The notes beneath the pieces are model-generated. The model saw nothing but the letters and a program-made list of their open reading frames with translations. It did not search any database and was not told where the DNA came from. The position numbers and the translations under genes were made by a program. Below, piece after piece: positions 1-9,851 of a stretch of DNA of 64,000 nt; position 1 is the first letter of the stretch, and each line of letters starts with the position of its first letter. This DNA comes from Cenarchaeum sp. (lineage in GTDB: Archaea; Thermoproteota; Nitrososphaeria; Nitrososphaerales; Nitrosopumilaceae), in the NCBI GenBank assembly GCA_963693095.2, contig OY843768.1, forward strand, positions 960,001 to 1,024,000, given 5' to 3'.

Positions 1-489
1 CAGGACGGCCTGCGTGTCTATCTCCGAGTCAGACACGCAGACTGCTGCCATCGTCGAGCCAGCAGACCTGAGCGTCTTTGTGAGCTCTCGCGTGTCGATG
101 CCGGCGATGCCCTGCACGCCCTCGCGGCTAAGCCACTCATCAAGCGTGGAGACGAGGCTCCGGTGGTTTGCGACGTGCGAGAGCTCGTGGATCACGAGCC
201 CGCGCGCGTGTATCCTCGAGGACTCTACATTGAGGCGTATGCCGTTATCGTCGGCGGCCTCTGTGTCTGGCACGCCATAGTTGCCCACAAGCGGGTACGT
301 TACGGTCACGAGCTGGCCACCATACGACGGATCCGTGAGCGTCTCGGTGTAGCCGACCATCCCCGTGTTAAAGACGAGCTCGCCGACGGCCGTGCCCGTG
401 CTGCCAAAGCCCTCTCCGCGCATCACCGTGCCGTCCCCTAGCACTAGTGCCCCAAACTTGCCCGCATGCTGCGATCTTTTAGTAGGTAT
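1..489 (-). CDS. carA: Carbamoyl-phosphate synthase small subunit (5' part; runs off the window)
   Basis: Manual translation of the minus strand gives KFGALVLGDGTVMRGEGFGSTGTAVGELVFNTGMVGYTETLTDPSYGGQ, the classic CarA N-terminus. Start is uncertain: ATA at 489, or out-of-frame ATG at 467. Confidence 0.9.
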   Translation of the reverse strand, partial: MPTKRSQHAGKFGALVLGDGTVMRGEGFGSTGTAVGELVFNTGMVGYTETLTDPSYGGQLVTVTYPLVGNYGVPDTEAADDNGIRLNVESSRIHARGLVIHELSHVANHRSLVSTLDEWLSREGVQGIAGIDTRELTKTLRSAGSTMAAVCVSDSEIDTQAVL

Positions 490-741
490 CTTTGACCCTC
501 AACGGCGCGCCGACGGCGCGGATTTAAATTTTATGAGGAAATTGGGGCGAAAATCAGGCCATGTGGGCCTGTCCGGCAGGCATGGCCAGGATCGCCACGC
601 GTGCCCTTGCGCAGGGCCAGAATCGCGAGTCCAGGCCACGGGGGCAGTCAGACCGGGTCCCGGCGCGGCCGTGCGCCAGGGGCCGACGCGTGCGGTGGTG
701 TCCGGATGCGCCCCCTGCAGGGTGCCGCACGAGACTCCCGC

Positions 742-1935
742 CTAGAGCGCCCCGAACTGCTCGGACCACTTTTGGTACGCGCGGACCATCTCGGAGGAGA
801 CGCTGGGCTTTCTCTGGGCCATGACCTCCTTAAAGTCGGCCATCGTGATGTCCTTTGGCTGCTGCGGCGACTCTCCCTCAACGGGCTCCTTGTATCCGGG
901 GGAGCCTAGGAGGTCATGGACCACCTTTAGCTGCACGCTCTGGCACGCGTCCTTTATGTCGCTCGCGCTATACCTGTCAAAGAGCTTTGCGAGCATTGCG
1001 CTTCGCACGCGCACGTCCTTGTGGAGCGGCGCGGTATAGAGGTCAAAGAGGTTCTTGCGCGCCTCAAGGGACGGCAGTGATATGTTGATCCTCTTTTGGA
1101 ACCTGCGCAGGAACGCGTCATCGAGGCTCCACGGCTTGTTCGTCGCGCCGATGACGTACATCTTTATGTTCTTGCCCTTGCCGCTGACGCCGTCCATCTC
1201 GGTGAGGAACTGGTTTTTGGTGCGAACCTCCCCGCCTATCTCGCTGTTGCGCGAGCCCAGGAGCGAGTCGACCTCGTCGATGAACAGTATGACTGGCTTT
1301 CCCTCGCGCTCGGCGAGCCCGCGCGCCATCGTAAAGAGCTGCGAGACGTTCTTTTCGGCCTCGCCTAGCCACTTGCTCATTATCGACGATGCATCCACGC
1401 TGATAAAGTACCCGTCAAGCTCGCTTGCCGTGGCCGCTGCCAGTATTGTCTTGCCGCATCCCGGAGGGCCATACAAGAGTATGCCGCGCGGCCATCCCAG
1501 CGGAAACAGGTCGGGCCGCTTTGTTGGATAGACTATGGACTCGCGCAGCGCGTTCTTTGCTGTCTCGAGGCCGATGACCTCGTCCCACTTTACGTTGGGC
1601 TTTTCGCGTATGATGAGCTCGTCAAACGAGTTGGATGCGCGCTGGCCATCGAGTGACTTTTTTTGCTCTTCGGGCGTCTTTGAGGGGTCGATGACGGGTT
1701 CGGCGCCATGGGAGGACTGGAGAACCGTGATTCTCTTCTTGTACGAGTCGACGCGCTCCTTGTAGAGCGTGGCGAGCTTGCATGCGGGATATAGGTGGAG
1801 TATCTGCAGGAGCGAGTCTATGGACTTTTGGTAGCTAGCCACTGCCATGCCACGCGCACCCTGGGAGTCAAACCTGAGCGCGTCTGTGGCATGCTTGCTC
1901 GCACTATCCTCAAGCTTTTGCGGTGCTAGGCTCAA
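742..1935 (-). CDS. cdvC: CdvC/Vps4-type AAA+ ATPase with N-terminal MIT domain (cell division)
   Basis: MIT-like N-terminal helices, Walker A GPPGCGKT, Walker B FIDEVD, ATNKPW..D.AFLRRF, Vps4-type C-terminus. Confidence 0.9.
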   Translation of the reverse strand: MSLAPQKLEDSASKHATDALRFDSQGARGMAVASYQKSIDSLLQILHLYPACKLATLYKERVDSYKKRITVLQSSHGAEPVIDPSKTPEEQKKSLDGQRASNSFDELIIREKPNVKWDEVIGLETAKNALRESIVYPTKRPDLFPLGWPRGILLYGPPGCGKTILAAATASELDGYFISVDASSIMSKWLGEAEKNVSQLFTMARGLAEREGKPVILFIDEVDSLLGSRNSEIGGEVRTKNQFLTEMDGVSGKGKNIKMYVIGATNKPWSLDDAFLRRFQKRINISLPSLEARKNLFDLYTAPLHKDVRVRSAMLAKLFDRYSASDIKDACQSVQLKVVHDLLGSPGYKEPVEGESPQQPKDITMADFKEVMAQRKPSVSSEMVRAYQKWSEQFGAL

Positions 1936-2068
1936 TGTTCCACGCTCGCCACGCTCACAGTGGGGGCACGAGTTGGTATTATCGTGTGTGAGTTATAGTC
2001 TGTGCCCGTGTTAAATTGTTTAAACCATGGCCATCAGGGGCGCCATTTCATAATCTCGCCCCAGCGCA

Positions 2069-2416
2069 TCAGGCGCCGGCCTGCGCGCCGCGCTGGCACT
2101 CCCTAATCCGCCCCACGGCGGCCTCGGCCATGGCTAGAAGCTCGGCGGCCTTGCCCTCTGCTAGTTCGGCCTCTGACGCTGCCTCCTCGGCTATGGAGAC
2201 GACCTCCTCGAGGGCAGCTACTGCCTTGCTGCCGGCCTCCTGCCTGTGAAGCGCGTGGCGCGCGACCTGCAGGACGCAGTCAAGATCCCGCAGCTCGTCA
2301 TCACTCAGGCCCGCTAGCGCATCACGCCCGTCGATGCGGCGCTCGCGCATGGCCGAGCTGACGCGCTCGCCGAGCTCGGCCACGCGTGATGCCGGCGTCT
2401 TGCGCGCTATGCCCAT
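2069..2416 (-). CDS. Hypothetical helical protein upstream of cdvC
   Basis: 115-aa ORF overlapping the upstream ORF, co-oriented with cdvC. Confidence 0.55.
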   Translation of the reverse strand: MGIARKTPASRVAELGERVSSAMRERRIDGRDALAGLSDDELRDLDCVLQVARHALHRQEAGSKAVAALEEVVSIAEEAASEAELAEGKAAELLAMAEAAVGRIRECQRGAQAGA

Positions 2417-2964
2417 GCGCCGCCCAGCGCTGCAGGATCTAGTTTAGGGTAACGCTTGCAGAGTTTAGAGTCAACGATCAGCTTTGCGCCCTCTAGGGCG
2501 CGCGCGGCCTCCCGTGCGCATGCCCCATAATCGGCCCTGGTTCCGGCCATGAGGGCCGCGTCGATGGCCACGCTTCCAAGCGTGCCGGCCGCCTCGCCCA
2601 GTGTCAGCGCGCACGCCGGGGCAGGCTCATGGGCCTGCGAGCCGGCGGCGCGAACCATCGATATTGCCACCGGAAGGCCCACGGCGAGGCCATGCAGGCC
2701 GCCTGCGCTGCGAATCAGCTCCAGGGCGCCACGCGTAGAGCCGGCAGCGATGAGCAGCGAGCGCTCGGAGCGAACGCGCGCGACTAGCGCGTGATCCGCC
2801 CCATCTGGGCGCGCGCGGGCGCATGAGGCACTGCCGGCCATGGACTCGAGCTCTGCGCACGCGCGCTCTAGAAGCGAGACTGCGCACGCGATCCTTGGCG
2901 TGAGCGTCGCGCCCTGGGCGGCCACTGCCACCGTAAGGGCATCCCGTGTCCTCGTGCGTGCCAT
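2407..2964 (-). CDS. Divergent ESCRT-III/CdvB-like paralogue
   Basis: Helical protein whose C-terminus (EAARALEGAKLIVDSKLCKRYPKL) resembles CdvB/Snf7 tails; near cdvC; start trimmed to ATG 2964. Confidence 0.55.
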   Translation of the reverse strand: MARTRTRDALTVAVAAQGATLTPRIACAVSLLERACAELESMAGSASCARARPDGADHALVARVRSERSLLIAAGSTRGALELIRSAGGLHGLAVGLPVAISMVRAAGSQAHEPAPACALTLGEAAGTLGSVAIDAALMAGTRADYGACAREAARALEGAKLIVDSKLCKRYPKLDPAALGGAWA

Positions 2965-3122
2965 ATACGCTGTGATGCAATCCGGGTATATCACGGCGCC
3001 GTTGCCGCATGGCGCGTAGCCACGGTGACGCCCACGGGGGTGACAGATCAGAGTATTTTTTGAGCAGCCGCGCAAAGGAAGTTGGCACGCACAATTACCA
3101 AAGGCGCACGTGAGGGGGACTC

Positions 3123-4313
3123 ATGGGAGACACCGAGAGCCTGGCAGCCGGCCTGGCCGAGTTTGGCCTGAGCCAGTACGAGGCCCGCGCATACGTCGCG
3201 CTCCTCGCCGAGGGGACCGCGACTGCCGGCGAGCTCGCATACAGGGCAGAGATACCGCGCACAAAGGTGTATCCCGTGATGCTTCGCCTCGAAAAGAAGG
3301 GCCTGGCCACGGTGGGGGGCAAAAAGCCCGTGACGTGCTCGGCGGTTCCGCCCGAGGAGTCCCTTGAGGGCTCGATCAAGACGCAGATAGACAAGGTCAA
3401 CTCGATGAACACGCTAGTCTCCGGACTCCGGTCCGTGAGTGATGGCGCAAGGCGCCTGCGCGGAACCGAGGAGCGCAAGTACTCCCATATCGGGCACGCA
3501 GGCGTGCTGGCCAGCGCACAAGAGATGGTCGGCGGGGCGTCATTATCAGTGCACGCAGTTGTTGATGACGCCGGACTGGGCGTTATCGCCGAGTGCGCCG
3601 AGGCCGTCGTGGCCGCCATCCGCCGTGGCGCAGATGTCAGGATGGTCATAACGCCAGAGGCAATAGGAGCCGACCTGACGCAAAAGATCCCGCGCGGCGT
3701 CGAGGTTCGCATAGCGCGCTCGGGCCACAACTGCATGATCCTCGACGGTGCGGGAGTTCTTGTCCTCGGCGGGGACGCCGGCCGCGCCGCCGCACTAGAG
3801 TCATCGCCCATAGTGGGCGCTGACCACGAGAGGGCATTTGAGATGCTGTGGGAGGACGCGATTCCGGCCGGACCACTCTTGTCACTGGGCAACGATGCGG
3901 CACAGGAGGCCTATCGCGCGATCGTCCTTGTCGGCAGGGCAGGCCTTGGCCATGCGCTCGGCTCGGCGATCACGCGCACAAGGGGCGGAATGGCAGCGCT
4001 TCTAGATGACAATGGCATAGACATGGGCGGGCGCAAGCTCGACGACGTGATATGCCTTGCCAACGCGGCGGTTCGCGCAACGTGCGACGGGCATGTCTCT
4101 GTTGACGAAAAGAGCGGGAGCATACTAGTCGAGTCAGGCCTGAACAGCGGCCACTCGCTTCCATGGGCCCGCATAATTGAGGGATACCTCGAGTCACACG
4201 GGGTCAAGACCAGGCTAGTCTACCAGGCCGGCGCGAGGCGCGGCGAGCGAGTCCACATAAAGATGGCCGGCGCTAAGCGCGGCGCGGCCAGTGGCCACAA
4301 GTCCGGCCAATAG
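3123..4313 (+). CDS. TrmB family transcriptional regulator
   Basis: FGLSQYEARAYVALL...AEIPRTKVYPVMLRLEKKGL TrmB wHTH followed by an effector domain. Confidence 0.88.
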   Translation: MGDTESLAAGLAEFGLSQYEARAYVALLAEGTATAGELAYRAEIPRTKVYPVMLRLEKKGLATVGGKKPVTCSAVPPEESLEGSIKTQIDKVNSMNTLVSGLRSVSDGARRLRGTEERKYSHIGHAGVLASAQEMVGGASLSVHAVVDDAGLGVIAECAEAVVAAIRRGADVRMVITPEAIGADLTQKIPRGVEVRIARSGHNCMILDGAGVLVLGGDAGRAAALESSPIVGADHERAFEMLWEDAIPAGPLLSLGNDAAQEAYRAIVLVGRAGLGHALGSAITRTRGGMAALLDDNGIDMGGRKLDDVICLANAAVRATCDGHVSVDEKSGSILVESGLNSGHSLPWARIIEGYLESHGVKTRLVYQAGARRGERVHIKMAGAKRGAASGHKSGQ

Positions 4314-4407
4314 CGCAAGGCGCTGCCATCCACCATACTGCCATGCCAGCCGGCCAGTATCGCCTGCGAGAAGGGCAGCGCACCGTGCCGATCTCGTGCC
4401 GCCATCG

Positions 4408-4490
4408 TCACCGGCCACGGCCACAATGTCCGGCTTTACGTCCCTTAGGATCCACGATGGTTCCCTCGATGATCAGCGTGCCATACCCAT
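4408..4490 (-). pseudogene. Decayed, frameshifted duplicate of the PD-motif segment of ORF 4516..5292
   Basis: Reads GYGTLIIEGTIVDP / KPDIVAVAGDDGG versus GYVVRVIEGTIENSWRSIKPDIVAVAVDDDGG; DNA ggccacggccacaatgtccggctt is shared with ~5125-5148. Confidence 0.65.
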
Positions 4491-4515
4491 GACGTCATGC
4501 ACCCCAAACTCCGCA

Positions 4516-5292
4516 TCATGCCGCCCCGCGCAACCCCGCGGCCCCAATGGCCTTCCAGAGCGTGCCGTTGCGCTCGCACCTCGTAATGCTACGCTTGATC
4601 TTGCCGGCAAGCTCGCGCCTGTGCTTTGGGAAGATGGTGTCGTGCGACTTGTGTGTAAGCCTTAGAAACTCCTCGGCAAACTGGAGGTTGGTCATGTGCA
4701 TCCCCACCCTGTCCGGATGGCGCCGAAAGTACCTGACTATTTGCGGGAGAACCACACGGTCGACATCCTCGTCGCTGCTGTGGACCGAGAACGCATAGCG
4801 CGCGTGGGGGCCACCGAACCCTGTGAGAGGCACGCCATCACGCAGCGTCGAGTTCAAGCCGTCTTCCCCAAAGTCGCCCACACCGTAAACAGAGTCGGTC
4901 CTGAACACGAGTAGCGGAAGCCTCGTGTGCCTGCGCACCCTGACCTCGTGCTCGGCGTTTATGGCGTACGCGACGGTGTGGGAGGTCAGCCTCGGCGATG
5001 CGCCGACTAGTGTCTGAACCTGCTCTAGCGTCAGTCTCGCATACGCGGCATCCTGTGCGGTGTCTATGTTGGGTCCAGCCTTGCATTCGATGACCAGCGC
5101 GTGGGCGCCGCCGTCGTCGTCCACGGCCACGGCCACAATGTCCGGCTTGATGCTCCTCCAGGAATTCTCAATGGTGCCCTCGATAACCCGTACGACATAC
5201 CCAAGCTTGCGCAGAGGTCTGGGCCAGTCATCATAACTGTCCGAAGCGAACAGGCTCAACACCATGTTCAGGATCCACGTGTGCCTATCCAC
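4516..5292 (-). CDS. Hypothetical protein with PD-(D/E)XK nuclease-like motif
   Basis: KPDIVAV...LVIECKAG motif; start overlaps the upstream ORF stop. Confidence 0.6.
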   Translation of the reverse strand: MDRHTWILNMVLSLFASDSYDDWPRPLRKLGYVVRVIEGTIENSWRSIKPDIVAVAVDDDGGAHALVIECKAGPNIDTAQDAAYARLTLEQVQTLVGASPRLTSHTVAYAINAEHEVRVRRHTRLPLLVFRTDSVYGVGDFGEDGLNSTLRDGVPLTGFGGPHARYAFSVHSSDEDVDRVVLPQIVRYFRRHPDRVGMHMTNLQFAEEFLRLTHKSHDTIFPKHRRELAGKIKRSITRCERNGTLWKAIGAAGLRGAA

Positions 5293-6346
5293 TGCACCTT
5301 CCTGTGGTCAACTCTACGCAGGTCGCGCCTGCGTCATGGTGCATCTGCACCCTTGCCAGCAGCCAGAGCGTGGCGCTGGCGGGGTACTCTTTTCTTAGCG
5401 TGACTAGGAGCCGCGGGGGAAGCCCTCGCTTGGTCGCGATCGCCGTGTCCATCGTTGTCGCGCTCTCCAGGTCGAGGGCGGGAATGACGCCATAATAGCC
5501 GTCACCCCCGTCGATGTGCTTTTTCAGAATGCGCGGGAGCCAGGCGTTCCCGAACACAACGTCCACGCACCACTGCATATCCTCGATCTCGTGCGAGAAC
5601 TCGATCGAGATCCCGCCGCCAATGTCGTGGTCATCCCCGCTTATGTTGAATCCCGTACTGCACTCCTCGATCACGGCGGCCATCTGCGCGTACGCCCCCC
5701 TCATCGCGTCGGCGAGGCGCATGTGCGACTCCACGGATGTCCCGCGCCTGGCCGCAATCCACCCGTCGCAGTCTGCGTCGACCTCGGCAAAGTCGGCGCC
5801 ATCGTCTGCGTGCACCGCGCGGATCGTTCCCAGGACCGTGCGCCCCCCTGCCATGCGCGTGGACTGGCGCCTCGCGCCGTTGTGCCCGTTGCCGCCACGA
5901 CGCCACGCGCCGACGCACGCGCCTAGTGCGCGCGGCCCTATCCACGCGCGGTTTACCGGAGTCGTGTTGACGAGGAGCGCCATGGCGTGGTCTGCGACCC
6001 TGTCAGTCGCCATCACATGCACGAAACAGAACCTTCCGGCGCGCCTGTCAAGGTACAGATCACAGTCCGGCACAAGTTTTGGGCCGTTGTGGCACCGCGG
6101 CGCCAGCCCGCCGAGGTCGCGCGGGGTCAGCACGGTCAAGCCGGCCACGCCGGTACGCGCCTCATCCCACCTTATGCCTGGCCATCGGCTCACCGGTACG
6201 CACGCGTCGTCGAGGTCGGCGACGAACGTCTTTAGGCCCATCGTCGGGACAGTCGAGTCCGCACCGGCGCGCATCATGGAGCGCAGCGTCCCGTCGAGCT
6301 CTGCGCTACTGCGCACCGACGCGAGCCTTGGCACGGCGACCTGCAT
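5285..6346 (-). CDS. Hypothetical protein (accessory, translationally coupled to the nuclease-like ORF)
   Basis: Long ORF (track 5285..6478; likely start ATG ~6346-6358); no recognised family. Confidence 0.6.
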   Translation of the reverse strand: MQVAVPRLASVRSSAELDGTLRSMMRAGADSTVPTMGLKTFVADLDDACVPVSRWPGIRWDEARTGVAGLTVLTPRDLGGLAPRCHNGPKLVPDCDLYLDRRAGRFCFVHVMATDRVADHAMALLVNTTPVNRAWIGPRALGACVGAWRRGGNGHNGARRQSTRMAGGRTVLGTIRAVHADDGADFAEVDADCDGWIAARRGTSVESHMRLADAMRGAYAQMAAVIEECSTGFNISGDDHDIGGGISIEFSHEIEDMQWCVDVVFGNAWLPRILKKHIDGGDGYYGVIPALDLESATTMDTAIATKRGLPPRLLVTLRKEYPASATLWLLARVQMHHDAGATCVELTTGRCSG

Positions 6347-6556
6347 GGCGCGCCACATAGGGCGTGCCCAATATATGGATTGGCCCCACAGCAGGCGTGG
6401 GGTTGGCGCCCCCTGCCCACTTGGCAAACAGGCGCGACGATCCCTCCGGCCCACTCGGCCGTGGCGGCGCCTGCCCATTCATGGGCGGGCAGGGCGCTGA
6501 CCTCGTATCCGGCTTTTGCGCAAGGGTTAAAATCAGTCACGCGGCGGGGCGATCCC

Positions 6557-7012
6557 GTGTCAGTCGAGGAGAGGCTTTCGTCATACCTGCTCGGTCCGCT
6601 GCCAAAGGCTCCCGTGCCGGCCGGCGCGTATACGCCAGTCGCACTCGCCGGCAAGCTCGCCTTTGTCTCGGGGCAGATACCCATAAGCGACGGGAGCATT
6701 CGCTACAGGGGTACAGTCAGTGCCGACAATGTGGCCGAGGGTCGCGAGTCTGCGCGCCTTTGTGCGCTCAACGTGCTCTCGCAGCTAAAGGCAAAGCTCG
6801 GATCCCTCGATCGCGTCTCAAATGTCGTTCGCATTACCGGATACGTCAACTCGGGTCCCGGATTCACAGACCAGCCCACAGTCATGGATGGCGCATCAGA
6901 GATGATCGCCGCTGCCTTTGGCCCAAAGAACCACGCGCGCGTCGCAATAGGCGTCTCATCGCTGCCGATGAACGCAATGACCGAGGTGGACGCGATAGCC
7001 GAGCTGGCCTAG
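6557..7012 (+). CDS. RidA/YjgF family protein
   Basis: PVPAGAYTP, FVSGQIP, HARVAIGVSSLP..A.TEVDAI; GTG start at 6557. Confidence 0.9.
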   Translation: MSVEERLSSYLLGPLPKAPVPAGAYTPVALAGKLAFVSGQIPISDGSIRYRGTVSADNVAEGRESARLCALNVLSQLKAKLGSLDRVSNVVRITGYVNSGPGFTDQPTVMDGASEMIAAAFGPKNHARVAIGVSSLPMNAMTEVDAIAELA

Positions 7013-8022
7013 TCCAGGCGCCTGTTGAGCTCGCGCAGAAACGCCCTGATCTTCGGTTCGGGCACGAGCGCGCCACACGCCTTGCTGTGTCCCCCGCCTG
7101 AGCCGCCAAGCTCCGTGGAGAGCGAGTTTACAATCCTGCCAAGATGGACCTTGCACGCCTTGGAGCCCCTGACTGAGACGGCGCATGTGCCATGTGAAGG
7201 CCGGCGACGGAATGCGACGCCGACTGTCTTGCCCGAGAGGCCAAGGGCAAAGTTCACCGCCCCGCCGGCTCCCGAGTCAGTCGTCTCGACATATCCAATG
7301 TTCTTCATCCGCTTGAGGTTTCGCCGCACGCCAGACATGACATCGGCAAGCTTTGAGGCGCCGAGGCGAGCCTGCTCATAGGCGCCATCCATGTCGTGCG
7401 GAAAGCGCGAGGCGGCTAGTGCGGTGACTATTTTCTGCAGGTATTCAGGATCCTTTTGCCGGCTCACGATATTGTACGTCAGGACAGTTGCGCTCACGAG
7501 CGCAAACTGCCTGTCATATGTCTGCAGCAGGCGGGCGCCCATTGGCCTGTCCTCCATATAGTCAGTGATGGCCGCGCATGCGGCAACAAAGCGCGCGTGC
7601 TCAGAAAGGCGGCGCGAGAACGTCTGGTACACTAGCACGCTGGCGCACTCGCCGACATCGTGGACCATGGTGATGCCGGCGGCGACTAGCTTTCTGCGCA
7701 CCGATGGCGCAATGTCATGGTGGTCGATATACGTGACCTGGACGCGCCTCTTGCGAAGCGCGCGAAGCTCATCTACAAAGGCGTCCTGGTTTCGCTTGCT
7801 GAGCCCAAGATCGCAGATAAAGAGGCGCTTTAGCGCCATGTCCGAGGCGATCTCGGCGAGTGCCTCCATCTGGCCAGGATAGTCCACGAGGACGGTGCTT
7901 CCGCCAAAGGCCTCGCGTATCAGGGCAGCCGCACTGATCCCGTCTGCATCCTCCCTGTGCGAGAGGCAGACAATCTTTGTCTTTGCCGGAGCGCGCCGAC
8001 GCGGCGCTTTTGTCGAGCCCAT
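7009..8022 (-). CDS. DHH/DHHA1 family phosphoesterase
   Basis: SHREDADG, ICDLG, YIDHH, GGSGGGHSKACG motifs. Confidence 0.88.
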   Translation of the reverse strand: MGSTKAPRRRAPAKTKIVCLSHREDADGISAAALIREAFGGSTVLVDYPGQMEALAEIASDMALKRLFICDLGLSKRNQDAFVDELRALRKRRVQVTYIDHHDIAPSVRRKLVAAGITMVHDVGECASVLVYQTFSRRLSEHARFVAACAAITDYMEDRPMGARLLQTYDRQFALVSATVLTYNIVSRQKDPEYLQKIVTALAASRFPHDMDGAYEQARLGASKLADVMSGVRRNLKRMKNIGYVETTDSGAGGAVNFALGLSGKTVGVAFRRRPSHGTCAVSVRGSKACKVHLGRIVNSLSTELGGSGGGHSKACGALVPEPKIRAFLRELNRRLD

Positions 8023-8074
8023 TAGCGCAAGATGCGCAGATCGCCCAATTTAAACCACAAACGTCCGTGCCGCG

Positions 8075-8257
8075 CTAGGCGCGACGCCGACTCCGGGGCG
8101 CGACTAGCGCACCAGACTCGATGACATGATCATAGAACGTCGTACCTGACATCTGCGTCTCGACGTCAAGCCTCTGCAGCTCCTTTAGGCGCTCTGGCGA
8201 GGCGCCAAGGACAATCTCGTCAACGCGCCTCATCAGGCGCCTCTCCTCAGAGGACAT
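8075..8257 (-). CDS. Small hypothetical protein
   Basis: MSSEERRLMRRVDEIV...TTFYDHVIE; the TFYD motif also occurs in ORF 9567..9773. Confidence 0.55.
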   Translation of the reverse strand: MSSEERRLMRRVDEIVLGASPERLKELQRLDVETQMSGTTFYDHVIESGALVAPRSRRRA

Positions 8258-8394
8258 CGTGGCCAAGGGTGCAGAATGTGCGCTATATGGCAAAGTGTTG
8301 AAAGTTTAGACAAAATGCTAAGCTGTGCGGTGCTGCCATGCGTGATCCGTGCGTGTAGGTTATAATATCACCATGCGCGCGCCGATTCACACAC

Positions 8395-9564
8395 ATGGAG
8401 ACAAAGAACATTGGGTTGCGCGGAATAGAGGTCGCCGACACGCGCATATCAAACATTGATGGCGGGAGGGGCAAGCTCATCTATCGCGGGTATGACATCG
8501 AGGAGCTTGCGCGAAAGTCAAGCTTTGAGGAGACGTCATATTTGCTCCTCCACGACCGCCTGCCGACAAAGGCCGAGTATGCCGATTTTGTGCGCAAGGT
8601 CGCCGAGGCGCGATGGATACCAAAGCAGATGCAGACGAACATGGGCAACTGGAGGAGGGACGCGGATCCGATGGACATGCTCCAGGCGTTTGTCGCCGCG
8701 CTGGCCGGATACTATGACGAGGAGTTCTCGACAAAGGAGGCAAGCTATGACCGCGCGATAAACCTCATTGCAAAAGTGCCCACGATAGTCGCAAGCTGGC
8801 AGCGCATACGCAACGGCAAGGTGCCAATAGACCCCGATCCCGACCTCAGTCACGCCGCAAACTTTTTGCGCATGATGTCCGGTAAGACGCCAGACGAGGA
8901 GACCGCGCGCATATTTGACACGTGCCTCATATTGCACGCAGACCACACGTTCAACGCCTCGACGTTCACCGCAAGGCAGGTCGCATCGACGCGCGCGCAC
9001 ATGTACTCGGCGGCGAGCTCGGCAATCGGGGCCCTGAGCGGCGAGCTTCACGGCGGCGCAAACTATGAGGTCATGAGAATGCTGCTTGACATTGGCGATG
9101 TCAGCAGGGTCGAGGCGTGGATACGCGCGCGCATGGACGACGGCGAGCGCATCATGGGCATGGGCCATGCCGTATACAGGACGTTTGACCCACGCGCAGT
9201 AGTCCTCCAGCGCCTCTCGCGCCAGCTTGCCGCAAAGACGCGCGAGCCGTGGTATGACATTACCGAGGCAGTGGAGCGCACGACAATGTCGATCATGAAG
9301 GACGCAAAGGGCATAGACATATACCCCAATGTCGACCTCTACAGCGCGTCAGTCTACTATATGCTAAAGATACCAATGGATCTCAACACGCCGATATTTG
9401 CAATCTCGAGGTCAGTCGGGTGGGCGGCGCACATTATCGAGGAAAAGTTTGCCGAGGCCGCGCCAAAGCCGGCCCTCTATAGGCCAAAGGCGATCTATGT
9501 CGGCAAGTATTGTGGGCCTGACGGATGCGAGTACAAGCCGCTTGACCTGCGCACGCAGGCCTAG
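8395..9564 (+). CDS. gltA: Citrate synthase
   Basis: GKLIYRGYDI, HADHTFNASTF, LHGGAN, GMGHAVY, YPNVDLY. Confidence 0.95.
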   Translation: METKNIGLRGIEVADTRISNIDGGRGKLIYRGYDIEELARKSSFEETSYLLLHDRLPTKAEYADFVRKVAEARWIPKQMQTNMGNWRRDADPMDMLQAFVAALAGYYDEEFSTKEASYDRAINLIAKVPTIVASWQRIRNGKVPIDPDPDLSHAANFLRMMSGKTPDEETARIFDTCLILHADHTFNASTFTARQVASTRAHMYSAASSAIGALSGELHGGANYEVMRMLLDIGDVSRVEAWIRARMDDGERIMGMGHAVYRTFDPRAVVLQRLSRQLAAKTREPWYDITEAVERTTMSIMKDAKGIDIYPNVDLYSASVYYMLKIPMDLNTPIFAISRSVGWAAHIIEEKFAEAAPKPALYRPKAIYVGKYCGPDGCEYKPLDLRTQA

Positions 9565-9566
9565 AT

Positions 9567-9773
9567 CTAGTTGTGGGCCTGTGCCCACGTGCGCGCCCTA
9601 GAGTCGATGTCGTGGCGGTAGAGAACCTCAAAGACCATGTCATAGAACGTTATTCCACGGCTGCGCGCCTGCTCGTCGATCCAGCGTATGCCCTCGGCAA
9701 GCTCGGCGTCATGCTGCGCGTACCCGACAAGCTCGTCGACTGCTGCTGCAAACGTTCCGCGTGAGGCGTCCAT
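9567..9773 (-). CDS. Small hypothetical protein
   Basis: DAELAEGIRWIDEQARSRGITFYDMVFEVLYRHD; typical codon usage. Confidence 0.65.
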   Translation of the reverse strand: MDASRGTFAAAVDELVGYAQHDAELAEGIRWIDEQARSRGITFYDMVFEVLYRHDIDSRARTWAQAHN

Positions 9774-9851
9774 CAGGCGCGCCTGACGATCTGCGATCAA
9801 AAGGCGCGGATTCAAAAAAAATGCACAAAACGCGCAGTTTTGAGGCATGAT

